Shown piece after piece: positions 46,017 through 56,016 of a stretch of 64,000 nt of DNA (the stretch's first letter is position 1; every line of letters starts with the position of its first letter). Position numbers and translations under genes: made by a program. The DNA comes from Trueperaceae bacterium. GTDB lineage: Bacteria > Deinococcota > Deinococci > Deinococcales > Trueperaceae. The DNA lies in assembly GCA_034521815.1 (NCBI GenBank), contig JAXHLW010000012.1, positions 1 through 64,000 on the forward strand, read 5' to 3'. The notes under the pieces were generated by a model. It was not told where the DNA came from. It ran no database searches and saw nothing but the letters and a program-made list of their open reading frames with translations.

Positions 46017-46643
46017 TCACGCACGCTCGGACCTGGCTGTCGTTCGGTCGGCCAGCTGCCGTAGCCCGGCGTCGGTCGCGTCGACGAGGACCGCGAACGA
46101 CGTTTCGCGGTCGATCGGCATGGCGAAGCCGCCTTCCTGCTCCAACGCGACGAACCCGTGCAGCGCGCTCCTGAGGTAGCGGGTCGCGTGCAGCGCGTCC
46201 TCGCCGTCGAGCCCGTAGCCGCGCAGAACGGCGAGGACGGTGTCGACGACGCGACGGGCCGCCGTGGCCAGCCGGTCGTCTTCGTACCGGCCGGCGAGGG
46301 TGAGGGCGTACAGGCCGGGCTGCTCGCGGCCGAACGCGCGGTACGCCTGGGCGACGGCTGCGAGCGCGTCGCGACCCGAGCGGCCGGTGGCGGCCCGTTG
46401 CAGGACGTCGCCGAGCCGCTCCACGCCGCGCAGCCGGACGGCACGGCGGAGTCCGTCGAGCCCGGCGACGTGGTGGTACAGCGACGGCGTGCGCACGCCG
46501 AGCTCCCGGGCGACGGCCGCGAGGCTCAGCCCGTCGGCACCCCGCTCGTCGAGCAGCGCGACGGCCGTATCGACCACGCGCTGGAGGGTGAGCCGGCCCG
46601 TCGTTCCGCCTTCGCGCGGCGGTCGATCGTCAGCGCGTGGCAC
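46017..46643 (-). CDS. TetR-family regulator with WHG-type C-terminal domain
   Basis: LSLAAVARELGVRTPSLYHHV; AYRAF..EQPGLY; SALHGFV.LE. Confidence 0.88.
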   Translation of the reverse strand: MPRADDRPPREGGTTGRLTLQRVVDTAVALLDERGADGLSLAAVARELGVRTPSLYHHVAGLDGLRRAVRLRGVERLGDVLQRAATGRSGRDALAAVAQAYRAFGREQPGLYALTLAGRYEDDRLATAARRVVDTVLAVLRGYGLDGEDALHATRYLRSALHGFVALEQEGGFAMPIDRETSFAVLVDATDAGLRQLADRTTARSERA

Positions 46644-47552
46644 GGGACTCGGGGACGTGCACGTCGCTGACGTGAGGGTCGTTGACGTGAGGGTCGGTGA
46701 CGTGGGCGTCGGAGACGAAGCGCACGATCCGCGCTGCCGTGGCGTCGGGCAACTCGACGTGCGGGTAGTGGCCAGCGCCGTCGATCATGGCGATCTCGGC
46801 GGAGGACGCGCTGGTCAGGGCAGCGGCGATGTCGCGCGCCTCCTCGGCCGGGTCGGGAAAGTCGGGATCGGCGCTGCCCATCACGACGAGCGCGGGAGCG
46901 CGCACGGCTGGAAGTCGCGCCTCGATCGCGGCGTCGCTTCGGAACATCATGGCGCGCAGCGCCTCGAACCGGCCCGGCTCCGCGAGGTTGGTGAGGATCG
47001 CGCGGCGGTGCGCAGCGTGATCGGCGGGCTTCTCGGTCGGGTAGAGCGTGTCGTAGAACCAGCCCCAGGCGCGGACCTTCCACGGGCCGGTGCTCATCAG
47101 GCGCAACGTGGTGCGCATCAGCGGCGACATCGGGTGATCGCGGACGAACGGCCCGATCAGGACGAGCCCCGCCACCAGGTCGGGTCGTTCGGCGGCGGCC
47201 CATACGGCGGGAGCGGCGCCGAACGAGTTGCCGATCACGACCGCAGGACCGGCGTTCAACGTGTCCAGCAAGGCGACGAGGTCGTGGCCGGCGGCTTCGG
47301 AGCCGTAGTCGGGCCAGTCGGTGCTGGATCCCCGTGACCGCGCAGGTCGACCGTGACGGTTCGGTAGCCGGCGGCGAGAAGCTCGGGAGCGAGGAAGCGG
47401 TACTGCTGGCGCAGGTCGCCGAGCCCGGGAAGCATCACGACCGCGGGGCCCTCGCCGACGTCGTCGTACGCGAGTCGTCCGTCGGGTCGTTCCAGGTGGC
47501 GGGTCGTGACGGTCGAAGGTCGGGGGTGGGTGGCGGCCGGTACGGATGGCAT
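46630..47552 (-). CDS. Alpha/beta hydrolase (frameshift near 47330)
   Basis: LPGLGD, DLRGHG, GNSFG nucleophile elbow, MGSADPD, GAGHYPH. Confidence 0.85.
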
Positions 47553-47576
47553 GGAATCCTCCTTGAACTACGGATA

Positions 47577-47607
47577 TTAGGCTATACCCTAAAGACCATA
47601 GAATCAA
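47577..47607 (-). promoter_or_regulatory. Sigma70-type promoter TTGATT-17-TAGCCT overlapped by a TTAGG-N6-CCTAA inverted repeat (putative TetR operator)
   Basis: AT-rich island upstream of the hydrolase-tetR operon. Confidence 0.6.
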
Positions 47608-47789
47608 CCCTACGTCCGGCCCCAGCCTCTTCGCCCCATCGCCGCCACCGGACGTCCGTGCCATGGTGGGCCACGCCGCGCCCTCCCGCCACGGCAGCCC
47701 GGACATTCGTTCCTAGCGAGATCCCGCCTTCTTTGGTGCGATGGGTCGTCTGCCGCGGCAGCTCCCTTCGCCCGGCGGGAAGGGGCGAC

Positions 47790-48428
47790 ATGCCCGAAGA
47801 CCTCCAGGCCCTCATCGATCACCTCCAGCGGGACGCCGTCGAAGAAGGGCAGCGCCGCGCGCACGCCATCGTCGCCGAGGCCCAGGCGACGGCCGACGCC
47901 AAGCTGCGCGCCGCCGAGGCCGAGGCCGCCCGCATCGTGCGCGACGCCGAGCGCGACGCCGAGGTCTTCACCGAGCGAAGCACCGTCGCCCTGGAGCAGG
48001 CCGGCCGCGATCTGCTGATCACCGTCCGGCAGGCGATCGACGAGCTGCTCTCCGGGCTGATCGACGCCTCGCTGGACGAGGCGCTGCGGCCGGAGCTGCT
48101 GGCCGAGATGCTGGTCAAGATGGCGGACGCGTACACCTCGCACGGCGGACGGGAACGCCGCATGGCGGTGCTGCTGAACGAGGACGACCTCGGCGCGCTC
48201 ACGCGACTCTACGTGCAGCGCTACCGCGAGCGCATGGCGCAGGGCGTCGAGCTGCGGCTGGACGCCGACGTTCGCAAGGGGTTCCGAGTTCAGATGGTCG
48301 ACGAGCACGTGACGCACGACCTGACGATCGACGCGATCGCCGAGGAGCTGGGTCGCTACCTGCGGCCCCGCCTCGCCGAGATGCTGCCGCGGGCCGCCGT
48401 CACCCTGACGCGCGACGGGGACCGCTGA
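47790..48428 (+). CDS. ntpE: V/A-type ATPase subunit E
   Basis: LQALIDHLQRDAVEEG coiled coil; first gene of the operon. Confidence 0.8.
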   Translation: MPEDLQALIDHLQRDAVEEGQRRAHAIVAEAQATADAKLRAAEAEAARIVRDAERDAEVFTERSTVALEQAGRDLLITVRQAIDELLSGLIDASLDEALRPELLAEMLVKMADAYTSHGGRERRMAVLLNEDDLGALTRLYVQRYRERMAQGVELRLDADVRKGFRVQMVDEHVTHDLTIDAIAEELGRYLRPRLAEMLPRAAVTLTRDGDR

Positions 48429-49093
48429 TGCTGCCGTACCTTCTGGCCAGCGTTCCAGCGCCCCGCCTGGGCAAGCGGCCCGAGGTCGGCGTGGCCGACG
48501 TCGCGGCGACCTGCAGGCGCTTCCTGAGCGAGCCGCGTGCCCGCGAGCTGGCCGACGCGCTGGGAGCAGAAGGCGAGCCCGAGGAGCCGGACGATCGCTC
48601 CGGTGTTGGGGACCTGGGCGCCGTGGCGCGGGCCTGGGCCGACCTGTCCGCGCAGGTCGACGACGCGGTGGTCCGCGTCCGCTGCGCCCGCGACCATCGG
48701 GATCCAACCCCGCATCTCCAACATCCCGCCGGCTTCCGGGTCGACATCGTGACGGCCGTCGCAGCCGCGTTCGAGGCGCCCCACCCGAGCGCGCGCGAGC
48801 GTCGGCTGGACGATCTGCGCTGGCGCCTGGCCGACGAGCTGGCCGCGACGTCCCCCGCCGGGTTCGAGGCGCTGTACGCCCGCGCCGTGCAGCTGCGGCT
48901 GGCGTGGAGGCGGGAGGCCTGGGACGCCGACGCCGGCTGGCGCGTGCTCGAAGCGAGCCTGCGAACGGTCGAGGACGCGGCCAGCGGACCGTCCGCCGGC
49001 ACCGCCGACCCCAGCGCCGCGTCGGTCGCGGCCCCTGGTCCCCGTCGTGGCGCGACCCTCGGCGCCGCCGAAGGGGGCGACGGCGATGGCTGA
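48428..49093 (+). CDS. DUF2764-like V-ATPase subunit (C-like)
   Basis: YLLASVP, ERRLDDLRW, F.ALYARAVQLRL..R; lies between E and A. Confidence 0.7.
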   Translation: MLPYLLASVPAPRLGKRPEVGVADVAATCRRFLSEPRARELADALGAEGEPEEPDDRSGVGDLGAVARAWADLSAQVDDAVVRVRCARDHRDPTPHLQHPAGFRVDIVTAVAAAFEAPHPSARERRLDDLRWRLADELAATSPAGFEALYARAVQLRLAWRREAWDADAGWRVLEASLRTVEDAASGPSAGTADPSAASVAAPGPRRGATLGAAEGGDGDG

Positions 49094-50883
49094 CGCCGGG
49101 ACCGGCGGAGGGACCGGCGCGTCGGGGACCGACGCGGGGGCCAACGTCGGGCGCATCGTGGCGGTGAGCGGACCGCTGATCACCGCCGTGTTCGACAGGC
49201 CCGTGGTGCAGAACGAGGTGGGCTACGCCCTGATCGACGATCTGCGGCTCAAGGCCGAGCTGATCCGGGTCCGGGGCGTCTACGCCGACCTGCAGGTGTT
49301 CGAGGACACGACCGGGCTGTACGTCGGCGGGCAGGTGGCGTTCACCGGCGAGATGCTGTCCGCCGAGCTGGGTCCCGGCCTGCTGGGTCAGGTCGTCGAC
49401 GGCCTCCAGAACCCGCTGGTCGACCTGGCCGAGGCCAGCGGCTACTTCCTGCCGCGCGGCAGCTACCTGGCGCCGCTGGACCGGGAGCGCCGCTGGCCGT
49501 TCACGCCGCAGGTGCGGCCCGGCGACGAGGTGCGCGCCGGCGACACGCTGGGCACCGTTCCCGAGGGTCAGATCGCGCACCGCATCATGGTCCCGTTCGG
49601 CTGGGCCGGGCGCTGGAGCGTACGGGAGATCGCCGCGGAGGGCGACGGCGCGCCTGGACGAGCCGGTCGCCACGCTCGAGGACCGACGCGGCCACGCGCG
49701 CGAGGTGACGATGGTGCAGCGCTGGCCGGTCAAGGTGCCGATCCGCGCCTACGCCCAGCGGCTACGCCCCACCGAGCCGCTGGTCACCAAGATCCGGATC
49801 GTGGACACGCTCTTCCCGGTCGCGCGGGGCGGGACGTTCTGCGTTCCCGGGCCGTTCGGTGCCGGCAAGACGGTGCTGCAGCAGCTGATGAGCCGCCACG
49901 CCGAGGTGGACGTGGTGGTCGTCGCCGCCTGCGGCGAGCGGGCCGGCGAGGTGGTCGAGACGCTGCGCGAGTTTCCCGAGCTGATCGACCCCCGCACCGG
50001 ACGCAGCCTGATGGAGCGCACCGTGATCGTGTGCAACACCAGCTCCATGCCGGTCGCGGCGCGCGAGGCCAGCGTCTACACCGCCGTCACGGTCGCCGAG
50101 TACTACCGGCAGATGGGGCTGGACGTGCTGCTGCTGGCCGACTCGACCAGCCGCTGGGCGCAGGCGCTGCGCGAGGTGTCGGGACGCCTGGAGGAGATCC
50201 CCGGCGAGGAGGCGTTCCCGGCCTACCTCGAGTCGGTCGTCGCCGCGTTCTACGAAAGGGCCGGCCTGGTGCGGCTGGGCGACGGCTCGTCGGGCTCGGT
50301 CACGATCGGCGGCACCGTCAGCCCGGCCGGCGGCAACCTGGAGGAGCCGGTCACCCAAGCGACGCTCAAGGTCGCCGGCGCGTTCCACGGCCTCTCGCGC
50401 GAGCGTTCCGACGCCCGCCGCTACCCGGCCATCGACCCGCTCGAGAGCTGGAGCCACTACCCCGGCGTGGTGGACGAGCGCGACGTGATCTACGCCCGCG
50501 CGCTGCTGCACGAGGGCGCCGACGTGGCGCAGATGATGAAGGTCGTCGGCGAGGAGGGCACCACCCTGGACGACTTCGTCCGCTACCTCCAGGCGGAGTA
50601 CCTCGACGCCGCCTACCTTCAGCAGGACGCGTTCGATCCGGTCGACGCCGCCAGCGGCGCGGAGCGCCAAGCGACCGTGTTCGGCGAGCTGGTGACGCTG
50701 CTCCGCACCCCCCTGCGACTGTCCGGCAAGGACGCCGCCCGCCGCGTGTTCCAGCAGCTGGGCCAGGCGACGAAGGACTGGAACCGCTGCGCCTGGGGCA
50801 CGCCCGAGTTCGATGCCGGCCGCGACCGGCTGCGCGGCCTGCTCGAAGAGGTGCGGGCCGTGGAGGCGCGGGCCGATGCGTAA
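49086..50883 (+). CDS. ntpA: V/A-type ATPase subunit A (frameshift near 49650)
   Basis: [43 protein letters not shown]. Confidence 0.93.
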
Positions 50884-52174
50884 GGTCTACACCCGACTCG
50901 AGCGCATCGCCGGCCACGTCGTCGCCGTCGAGGCGGGCGACGCGACGTACCGGGAGCTGGCGCGCCTCGACTGGCCGGGCGGCACCTCGCTGGCGCAGGT
51001 GGTGCGCCTGGAGGGCGGTCGCGCCTTCCTGCAGGTGTTCGCCGGCACCCGCGGCCTGCCGACCGACGCCAGCGTGCGGTTCCTGGGCGGGCCCATGCAG
51101 GTCGCGGCGTCGGACGCGGTGCTGGGGCGGGTGTTCGACGGCGCTGGGCGTCCCCGCGACGGTGGTCCCGCCCTGGACGAGGAGGTCGTCGACCTGGCCG
51201 GCCCGTCGGTGAACCCGGCCAAGCGGATCATCCCGCGCACCATGGTCCGCACCGGCATCCCGATGATCGACGTGTTCAACACGCTGGTCGAGAGCCAGAA
51301 GCTGCCGATCTTCTCGGTGCCGGGCGAGCCGTACCTGCCGCTGCTGGCGCGCCTGGCGCTGCAAGCCGAGGTCGACGTGATCGTGCTGGGCGGGATGGGC
51401 CTCAAGCACGACGACTACCTCTACTTCCGCGACACCTTGGAGGACGCCGGCGCGCTGGCGCGGACCGTCGCGTTCATCCACACCGCGGCCGACCCCACCG
51501 TCGAGTGCCTGCTGGTCCCCGACATGACGCTGGCCGTGGCCGAGCGGTTCGCGCTGCAGGGGCGGCGGGTGCTGGTGCTGCTCTCCGACATGACGAACTT
51601 CGCCGACGCGCTCAAGGAGGTGGCCATCACGATGGAGCAGATCCCCTCCAACCGCGGCTACCCCGGCGACCTGTACAGCCAGCTCGCGGCGCGCTACGAG
51701 AAGGCGGTCGACTTCGACGACGCCGGATCGATCACGATCCTGGCGGTCACGACGATGCCGGGCGACGACGTGACGCACCCGGTGCCCGACAACACCGGCT
51801 ACATCACCGAGGGGCAGCTCTACCTGCGGGGCGGCCGGATCGATCCGTTCGGCAGCCTCAGCCGGCTCAAGCAGCTCGTGAACGGCTCGACCCGCGAGGA
51901 CCACCGGCCGCTGATGAACGCGATGATCCAGCTGTACGCCGACTACCGCGAGACGCTCGAGAAGCGCGCGATGGGCTTCCGCATGAGCGAGTGGGACGCG
52001 CAGCTGCTGCGCTACGGCCAGGGGTTCGAGGCGCGGCTGATGGACCTCGCCGTCGACATGCCGCTCGAGCAGGCGCTCGACGTCGGCTGGACGCTTCTCG
52101 CCGAGTGCTTCGAGCCCAGCCAGACCGGGCTCACCACCGACCTCCTGGCGCGCCGCTGGCCGGGGACGCCGTGA
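50876..52174 (+). CDS. ntpB: V/A-type ATPase subunit B
   Basis: [34 protein letters not shown]. Confidence 0.93.
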   Translation: MRKVYTRLERIAGHVVAVEAGDATYRELARLDWPGGTSLAQVVRLEGGRAFLQVFAGTRGLPTDASVRFLGGPMQVAASDAVLGRVFDGAGRPRDGGPALDEEVVDLAGPSVNPAKRIIPRTMVRTGIPMIDVFNTLVESQKLPIFSVPGEPYLPLLARLALQAEVDVIVLGGMGLKHDDYLYFRDTLEDAGALARTVAFIHTAADPTVECLLVPDMTLAVAERFALQGRRVLVLLSDMTNFADALKEVAITMEQIPSNRGYPGDLYSQLAARYEKAVDFDDAGSITILAVTTMPGDDVTHPVPDNTGYITEGQLYLRGGRIDPFGSLSRLKQLVNGSTREDHRPLMNAMIQLYADYRETLEKRAMGFRMSEWDAQLLRYGQGFEARLMDLAVDMPLEQALDVGWTLLAECFEPSQTGLTTDLLARRWPGTP

Positions 52175-52776
52175 GCCGGGTCTCGGCCAGCAAGCACGAG
52201 CTCAAGCGGCAACGCGACGCGCTGGCCCGGTACGAGCGGTACCTTCCGACGTTGCGTCTCAAGCAGCGGCAGCTGCAGGCCGAGCTGCGCCGCGCCGAGT
52301 CGGCCGTGAGCGAAGCCGCCGAGGAGGAGGCCCGACTCCGTCGCGACCTGAGCGCCTGGATCGAGCTGTGGACCGAGCCGCTGGACCTGGACGCGCACCT
52401 GACCCTGCAGGAGGTCCGCAGGGGCGAGACCAGCGTCGCGGGCGTGACCCTCCCGACGCTGGAGGGGGTGCGCTGGACGCGCAGGCCGCCGTCGCCGACG
52501 GACACCTCGCCGTGGGTCGACGACGCGGTGGCGGTGTTCGAGCGTCTCGCCGAGCTGCGCTTGCGGCGGGAGGTCCTGGCGGAGCAGCGCAGCCGCCTGG
52601 CCGACGAGCTGCGCTTCACCCGTCAACGCGTCAACCTGTTCGAGAAGGTCAAGATCCCTGAAGCCCAGGAGGCGCTCCGCTTCATCCGCATCGCGCTCGG
52701 CGACCAGCAGACGGCCGCCGTGGTGCGCGCCAAGATCGCCAAGGCGAAGAGCGTCGAGCGCGAGGCGTCGGCATGA
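52171..52776 (+). CDS. ntpD: V/A-type ATPase subunit D
   Basis: [23 protein letters not shown]. Confidence 0.9.
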   Translation: MSRVSASKHELKRQRDALARYERYLPTLRLKQRQLQAELRRAESAVSEAAEEEARLRRDLSAWIELWTEPLDLDAHLTLQEVRRGETSVAGVTLPTLEGVRWTRRPPSPTDTSPWVDDAVAVFERLAELRLRREVLAEQRSRLADELRFTRQRVNLFEKVKIPEAQEALRFIRIALGDQQTAAVVRAKIAKAKSVEREASA

Positions 52777-54662
52777 TCGTGCCGATGAAGGAGGTCACGA
52801 TCGTCGCGCCGCGCAGCGACCAGAACGAGACGCTGAAGCGGCTGCTGGACGCGGGCGTGGTCCACGTCGCCGAGACCAAGGCGCCCCAGGACGGCCCGGC
52901 CGGCGAGCTTCGCCACCGCATCGACGTCGCTCGGCACGCCGCGAGCGTGCTGGATCACGCGCGCGACGACGCGCCACGCGGGCCTCGGGAGCCCCCTCGC
53001 GCCGGCACGCCCACGGCTCCCGAGGCGGCACGCCGTCACCCCCCGGCCGCCGAGGTCGTCGCCGAGGTCGAGCGGCTGGCCGCGCAGCTCGACGACCTGC
53101 ACGCCACCCGGACCGAGCTGGCGCACGACCTGGAGCGGCTCGAGCCGTTCGGGGCGTTCGACCCGGGCGCCGTGCGGCGGCTGCGCGACCAGGGCGTCGG
53201 CGTGCGCCTCGCACGGCCTCCGGTCGCGCGAGACCTGCCCGACGTCGAGGGCGCCCGCTGGATCACCCTGCGAAGCGACCGCAGCCGCCGCGCCGTGGCG
53301 CTGGTCGGCGAGCTGGGCGCGGTCGACGCGGCCGAGGTGCACGGCGAGGTCCAGCTGCCCAGCGAGGCGCCGCAGCGGCTGGAGGAGCGGATCGGCGAGG
53401 TGACGGACGCCCTGGAGCGGACGCGAGCGAGGCTGTCCGCGCTGGCCGAGGAACGCAGCGAGCTCCAGCGCTGGCTGGTGCGGAGCGAGGAGGCGCTGCG
53501 CACGGAGCAGGTGCGAGCGAGCATGGCGAACGTCGGCGCGGTGGCGGTGCTGCGCGGGTTCGTTCCCGAGGACGAGGTCCAGCGGGTCCGCGACCTGGCG
53601 GTCCGTCACGGCTGGGGCGTGTGGACGTCCGACGTGGCCGACCCCGACGAGGCGCCCACGCTGATCCGCAATCCGCGCTGGGTGCGTCCGATCGAGCCGC
53701 TGTTCTCGTTCCTGGGCGTGGTGCCGGCGTACGGGCACGTCGACGTGAGCGTGCCGTTCCTGGTGTTCTTCAGCCTGTTCTTCGCCATGATCGTCGGCGA
53801 CGCCGGCTACGGCCTGGTGTTCCTGGCGCTCACCGAGACGTTCGCGCGCCGGTCGGAGCGGATGCCGAAGCGCGTGATCGCGCTGTTGAGGCTTCTGTCG
53901 GTCGGCACGATCGTGTGGGGGCTGGCGACCGGCAACGTGTTCGGCATGGCGGCGCTGCCCTCGCTGCTGGCCTGGGGTCGCCTCGACTGGCTGACCGTCG
54001 AGCGGAACGTGATCGGGCTGAGCTTCGCGATCGGGGCGGTGCACCTCACCGTGGCGCACGTCTGGAACGCGCTGCGCTACCTGAACAGCGTGCGTGCGCT
54101 GGCCGAGGTCGGCTGGGTGGCGACGACCTGGACGATGTACTTCCTGGCCAGGCAGCTGGTGTTGGGCGATCCGTTCCCGCAGGCCGGCTGGATCGCGTTC
54201 GCCGTGGGACTGACGCTGATCGTGCTGTTCTCGACGCCGTGGAAGCAGCTGCGGCGCGACTGGTTCCAGCACGCGCTGTTGCCGCTCACGCTGGTGAACA
54301 ACTTCGTGGACGTCGTGTCGTACGTGCGGCTGTTCGCGGTGGGGGCGGCGACGTTCGCCGTCGCCTCGGCGTTCAACGACCTGGCGGGCGACATCGGCCT
54401 GAGCGGGCCGGTCGGAAACGTGATCGGCGGGGTGCTCGCCGCCCTGGTGCTGTTCTTCGGCCACACCCTGAACGTGCTGCTGGCCGCGATGGGCGTGCTG
54501 GTGCACGGCGTGCGGCTGAACATGCTGGAGTTCGCCGGCCACATGGGCGTCCCGTGGACGGGGCATCCGTACAGGCCGTTCGCGCACGCCGGCCCTGGTG
54601 GACGAGCGACGAATGGACAAGCGACGAACCGACAAGCAACGAGTGGGGAAGGAGACCCCTGA
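52773..54662 (+). CDS. ntpI: V/A-type ATPase subunit I (a)
   Basis: MIVPMK, APTLIRNP, MIVGDAGYG, DVVSYVRLFAVG, VHGVRLNMLEF. Confidence 0.92.
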   Translation: MIVPMKEVTIVAPRSDQNETLKRLLDAGVVHVAETKAPQDGPAGELRHRIDVARHAASVLDHARDDAPRGPREPPRAGTPTAPEAARRHPPAAEVVAEVERLAAQLDDLHATRTELAHDLERLEPFGAFDPGAVRRLRDQGVGVRLARPPVARDLPDVEGARWITLRSDRSRRAVALVGELGAVDAAEVHGEVQLPSEAPQRLEERIGEVTDALERTRARLSALAEERSELQRWLVRSEEALRTEQVRASMANVGAVAVLRGFVPEDEVQRVRDLAVRHGWGVWTSDVADPDEAPTLIRNPRWVRPIEPLFSFLGVVPAYGHVDVSVPFLVFFSLFFAMIVGDAGYGLVFLALTETFARRSERMPKRVIALLRLLSVGTIVWGLATGNVFGMAALPSLLAWGRLDWLTVERNVIGLSFAIGAVHLTVAHVWNALRYLNSVRALAEVGWVATTWTMYFLARQLVLGDPFPQAGWIAFAVGLTLIVLFSTPWKQLRRDWFQHALLPLTLVNNFVDVVSYVRLFAVGAATFAVASAFNDLAGDIGLSGPVGNVIGGVLAALVLFFGHTLNVLLAAMGVLVHGVRLNMLEFAGHMGVPWTGHPYRPFAHAGPGGRATNGQATNRQATSGEGDP

Positions 54663-55129
54663 TGGATCCCGAACTGACGCTCGCGCTCGCCAAGGTCGGA
54701 GCGGCGGCGGTGCTGGGCCTGGCCGCGGTCGGCTCCGCGATCGGGACGGGCAGCGCCGGCCTGGCGGTGGTCGGCGCCTGGAAGCGCTGCTACGCGCAGG
54801 ACAAGCCGGTCCCGTTCATCCTGGTCACCTTCGTGGGCGCGCCGCTCTCCCAGACGATCTACGGCATGATCCTGATGAACGTGATGGTCCGGGCCGCGTC
54901 CGAGCAGGCCGCCGGCGCCGGAGCGGTCGCCTGGCCCGCGGCGATCGCGGTCGGCGTGTTCGGTGGCGGCGCCATGGCCGCCTCGGCCTGGCTGCAAGGC
55001 CGGGTGGGCGCCGCGGCGGCCGACGCCCTGGGCGAGACCGGGCAGGGGTTCGGGAACTACCTGATGGCGATCGGCGTGGTCGAGACCGTCGCGCTGTTCG
55101 TGCTGGTGTTCATCCAGGCGGCGCTGTAG
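54662..55129 (+). CDS. ntpK: V/A-type ATPase subunit K (4-TM proteolipid)
   Basis: GSAIGTG, APLSQTIYG, WLQG, GVVETVALF. Confidence 0.9.
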   Translation: MDPELTLALAKVGAAAVLGLAAVGSAIGTGSAGLAVVGAWKRCYAQDKPVPFILVTFVGAPLSQTIYGMILMNVMVRAASEQAAGAGAVAWPAAIAVGVFGGGAMAASAWLQGRVGAAAADALGETGQGFGNYLMAIGVVETVALFVLVFIQAAL

Positions 55130-55133
55130 CGTC

Positions 55134-55907
55134 CTAGCCCTCGCGACCCCGAATGCGGTCTCCGACCACCTCGCTCAGGGGCGTCGAGTGCTCGGCGTCG
55201 ATCTCGCCCTTCTCCGGGTCGTAGTGCGTGAAGCCGGGAAACATCTGGATCTCCTTTCCCAGCCAGAAGAAGCGGCCCGTCGGACCGTGCTCGTCCAGGT
55301 TCAAGAGCCACTCGACGGTTCCGTGGCAGGCGCTCGGGGGCAGCGTCCCCGGGTACATCTCGGTCGCGGCCGCGCCGGGCGCGGTGAGGTTGATCTTGAC
55401 GTTCCGGTCCCGGTTCTCGATGGCGGCGGCGACGGTGTAGCCGTTGGAGGCCATGATCGCGCCGTACTGGATGGACCAGCCGCCCGCCGGCACCAGCGTG
55501 GCGGAGCCCGAGAACACCACGAAGCGACCGAAGTCGTGCTCGCGCATGGCGGGCACCAGCTCGCGCAGCAGGATCGCGTGGGCCAGCGCGTCGACGCGCC
55601 AGCCGTAGGCGAGCTCCTCGTTGCTGGCCTCGAGCAGCCGTTTGGTGTTCCAGGCCCCGGCGCAGCTGATCGCGTACGGCACGACGCCGTGCTCGGCGAC
55701 GAGTCCGCGGGCGAACGTCGTCAGCTCGTCGGGGTCGGAGACGTCGAGGCGTACGGGCGTGACGTTCGCCAGGTGCGCGTACGTCTCGCGCATGCGGTCG
55801 ACGCGGCGGGCCGCGGCGATGATCTCGTCGTACTCGCTCGCGAAGCGGTGGACCAGCGAGGCGCCGATGCCGCTGCTGGCGCCGGTGATGAGCAGGACGC
55901 GTCTCAT
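55134..55907 (-). CDS. Short-chain dehydrogenase/reductase with atypical active site
   Basis: LITGASSGIG, LDVSD, CAG, PG..ATEM; YGAIM in place of YxxxK. Confidence 0.82.
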   Translation of the reverse strand: MRRVLLITGASSGIGASLVHRFASEYDEIIAAARRVDRMRETYAHLANVTPVRLDVSDPDELTTFARGLVAEHGVVPYAISCAGAWNTKRLLEASNEELAYGWRVDALAHAILLRELVPAMREHDFGRFVVFSGSATLVPAGGWSIQYGAIMASNGYTVAAAIENRDRNVKINLTAPGAAATEMYPGTLPPSACHGTVEWLLNLDEHGPTGRFFWLGKEIQMFPGFTHYDPEKGEIDAEHSTPLSEVVGDRIRGREG

Positions 55908-56016
55908 GGGGTCTCCTGTCCAAGGTGCGAGGCGTACGGGGCGCTGCGGTCGCGCAGGTGGGGTCCAGTCGACGTTTCGGGACACGGCCATCATGACCCG
56001 CGCTACCGTGGAGGGC

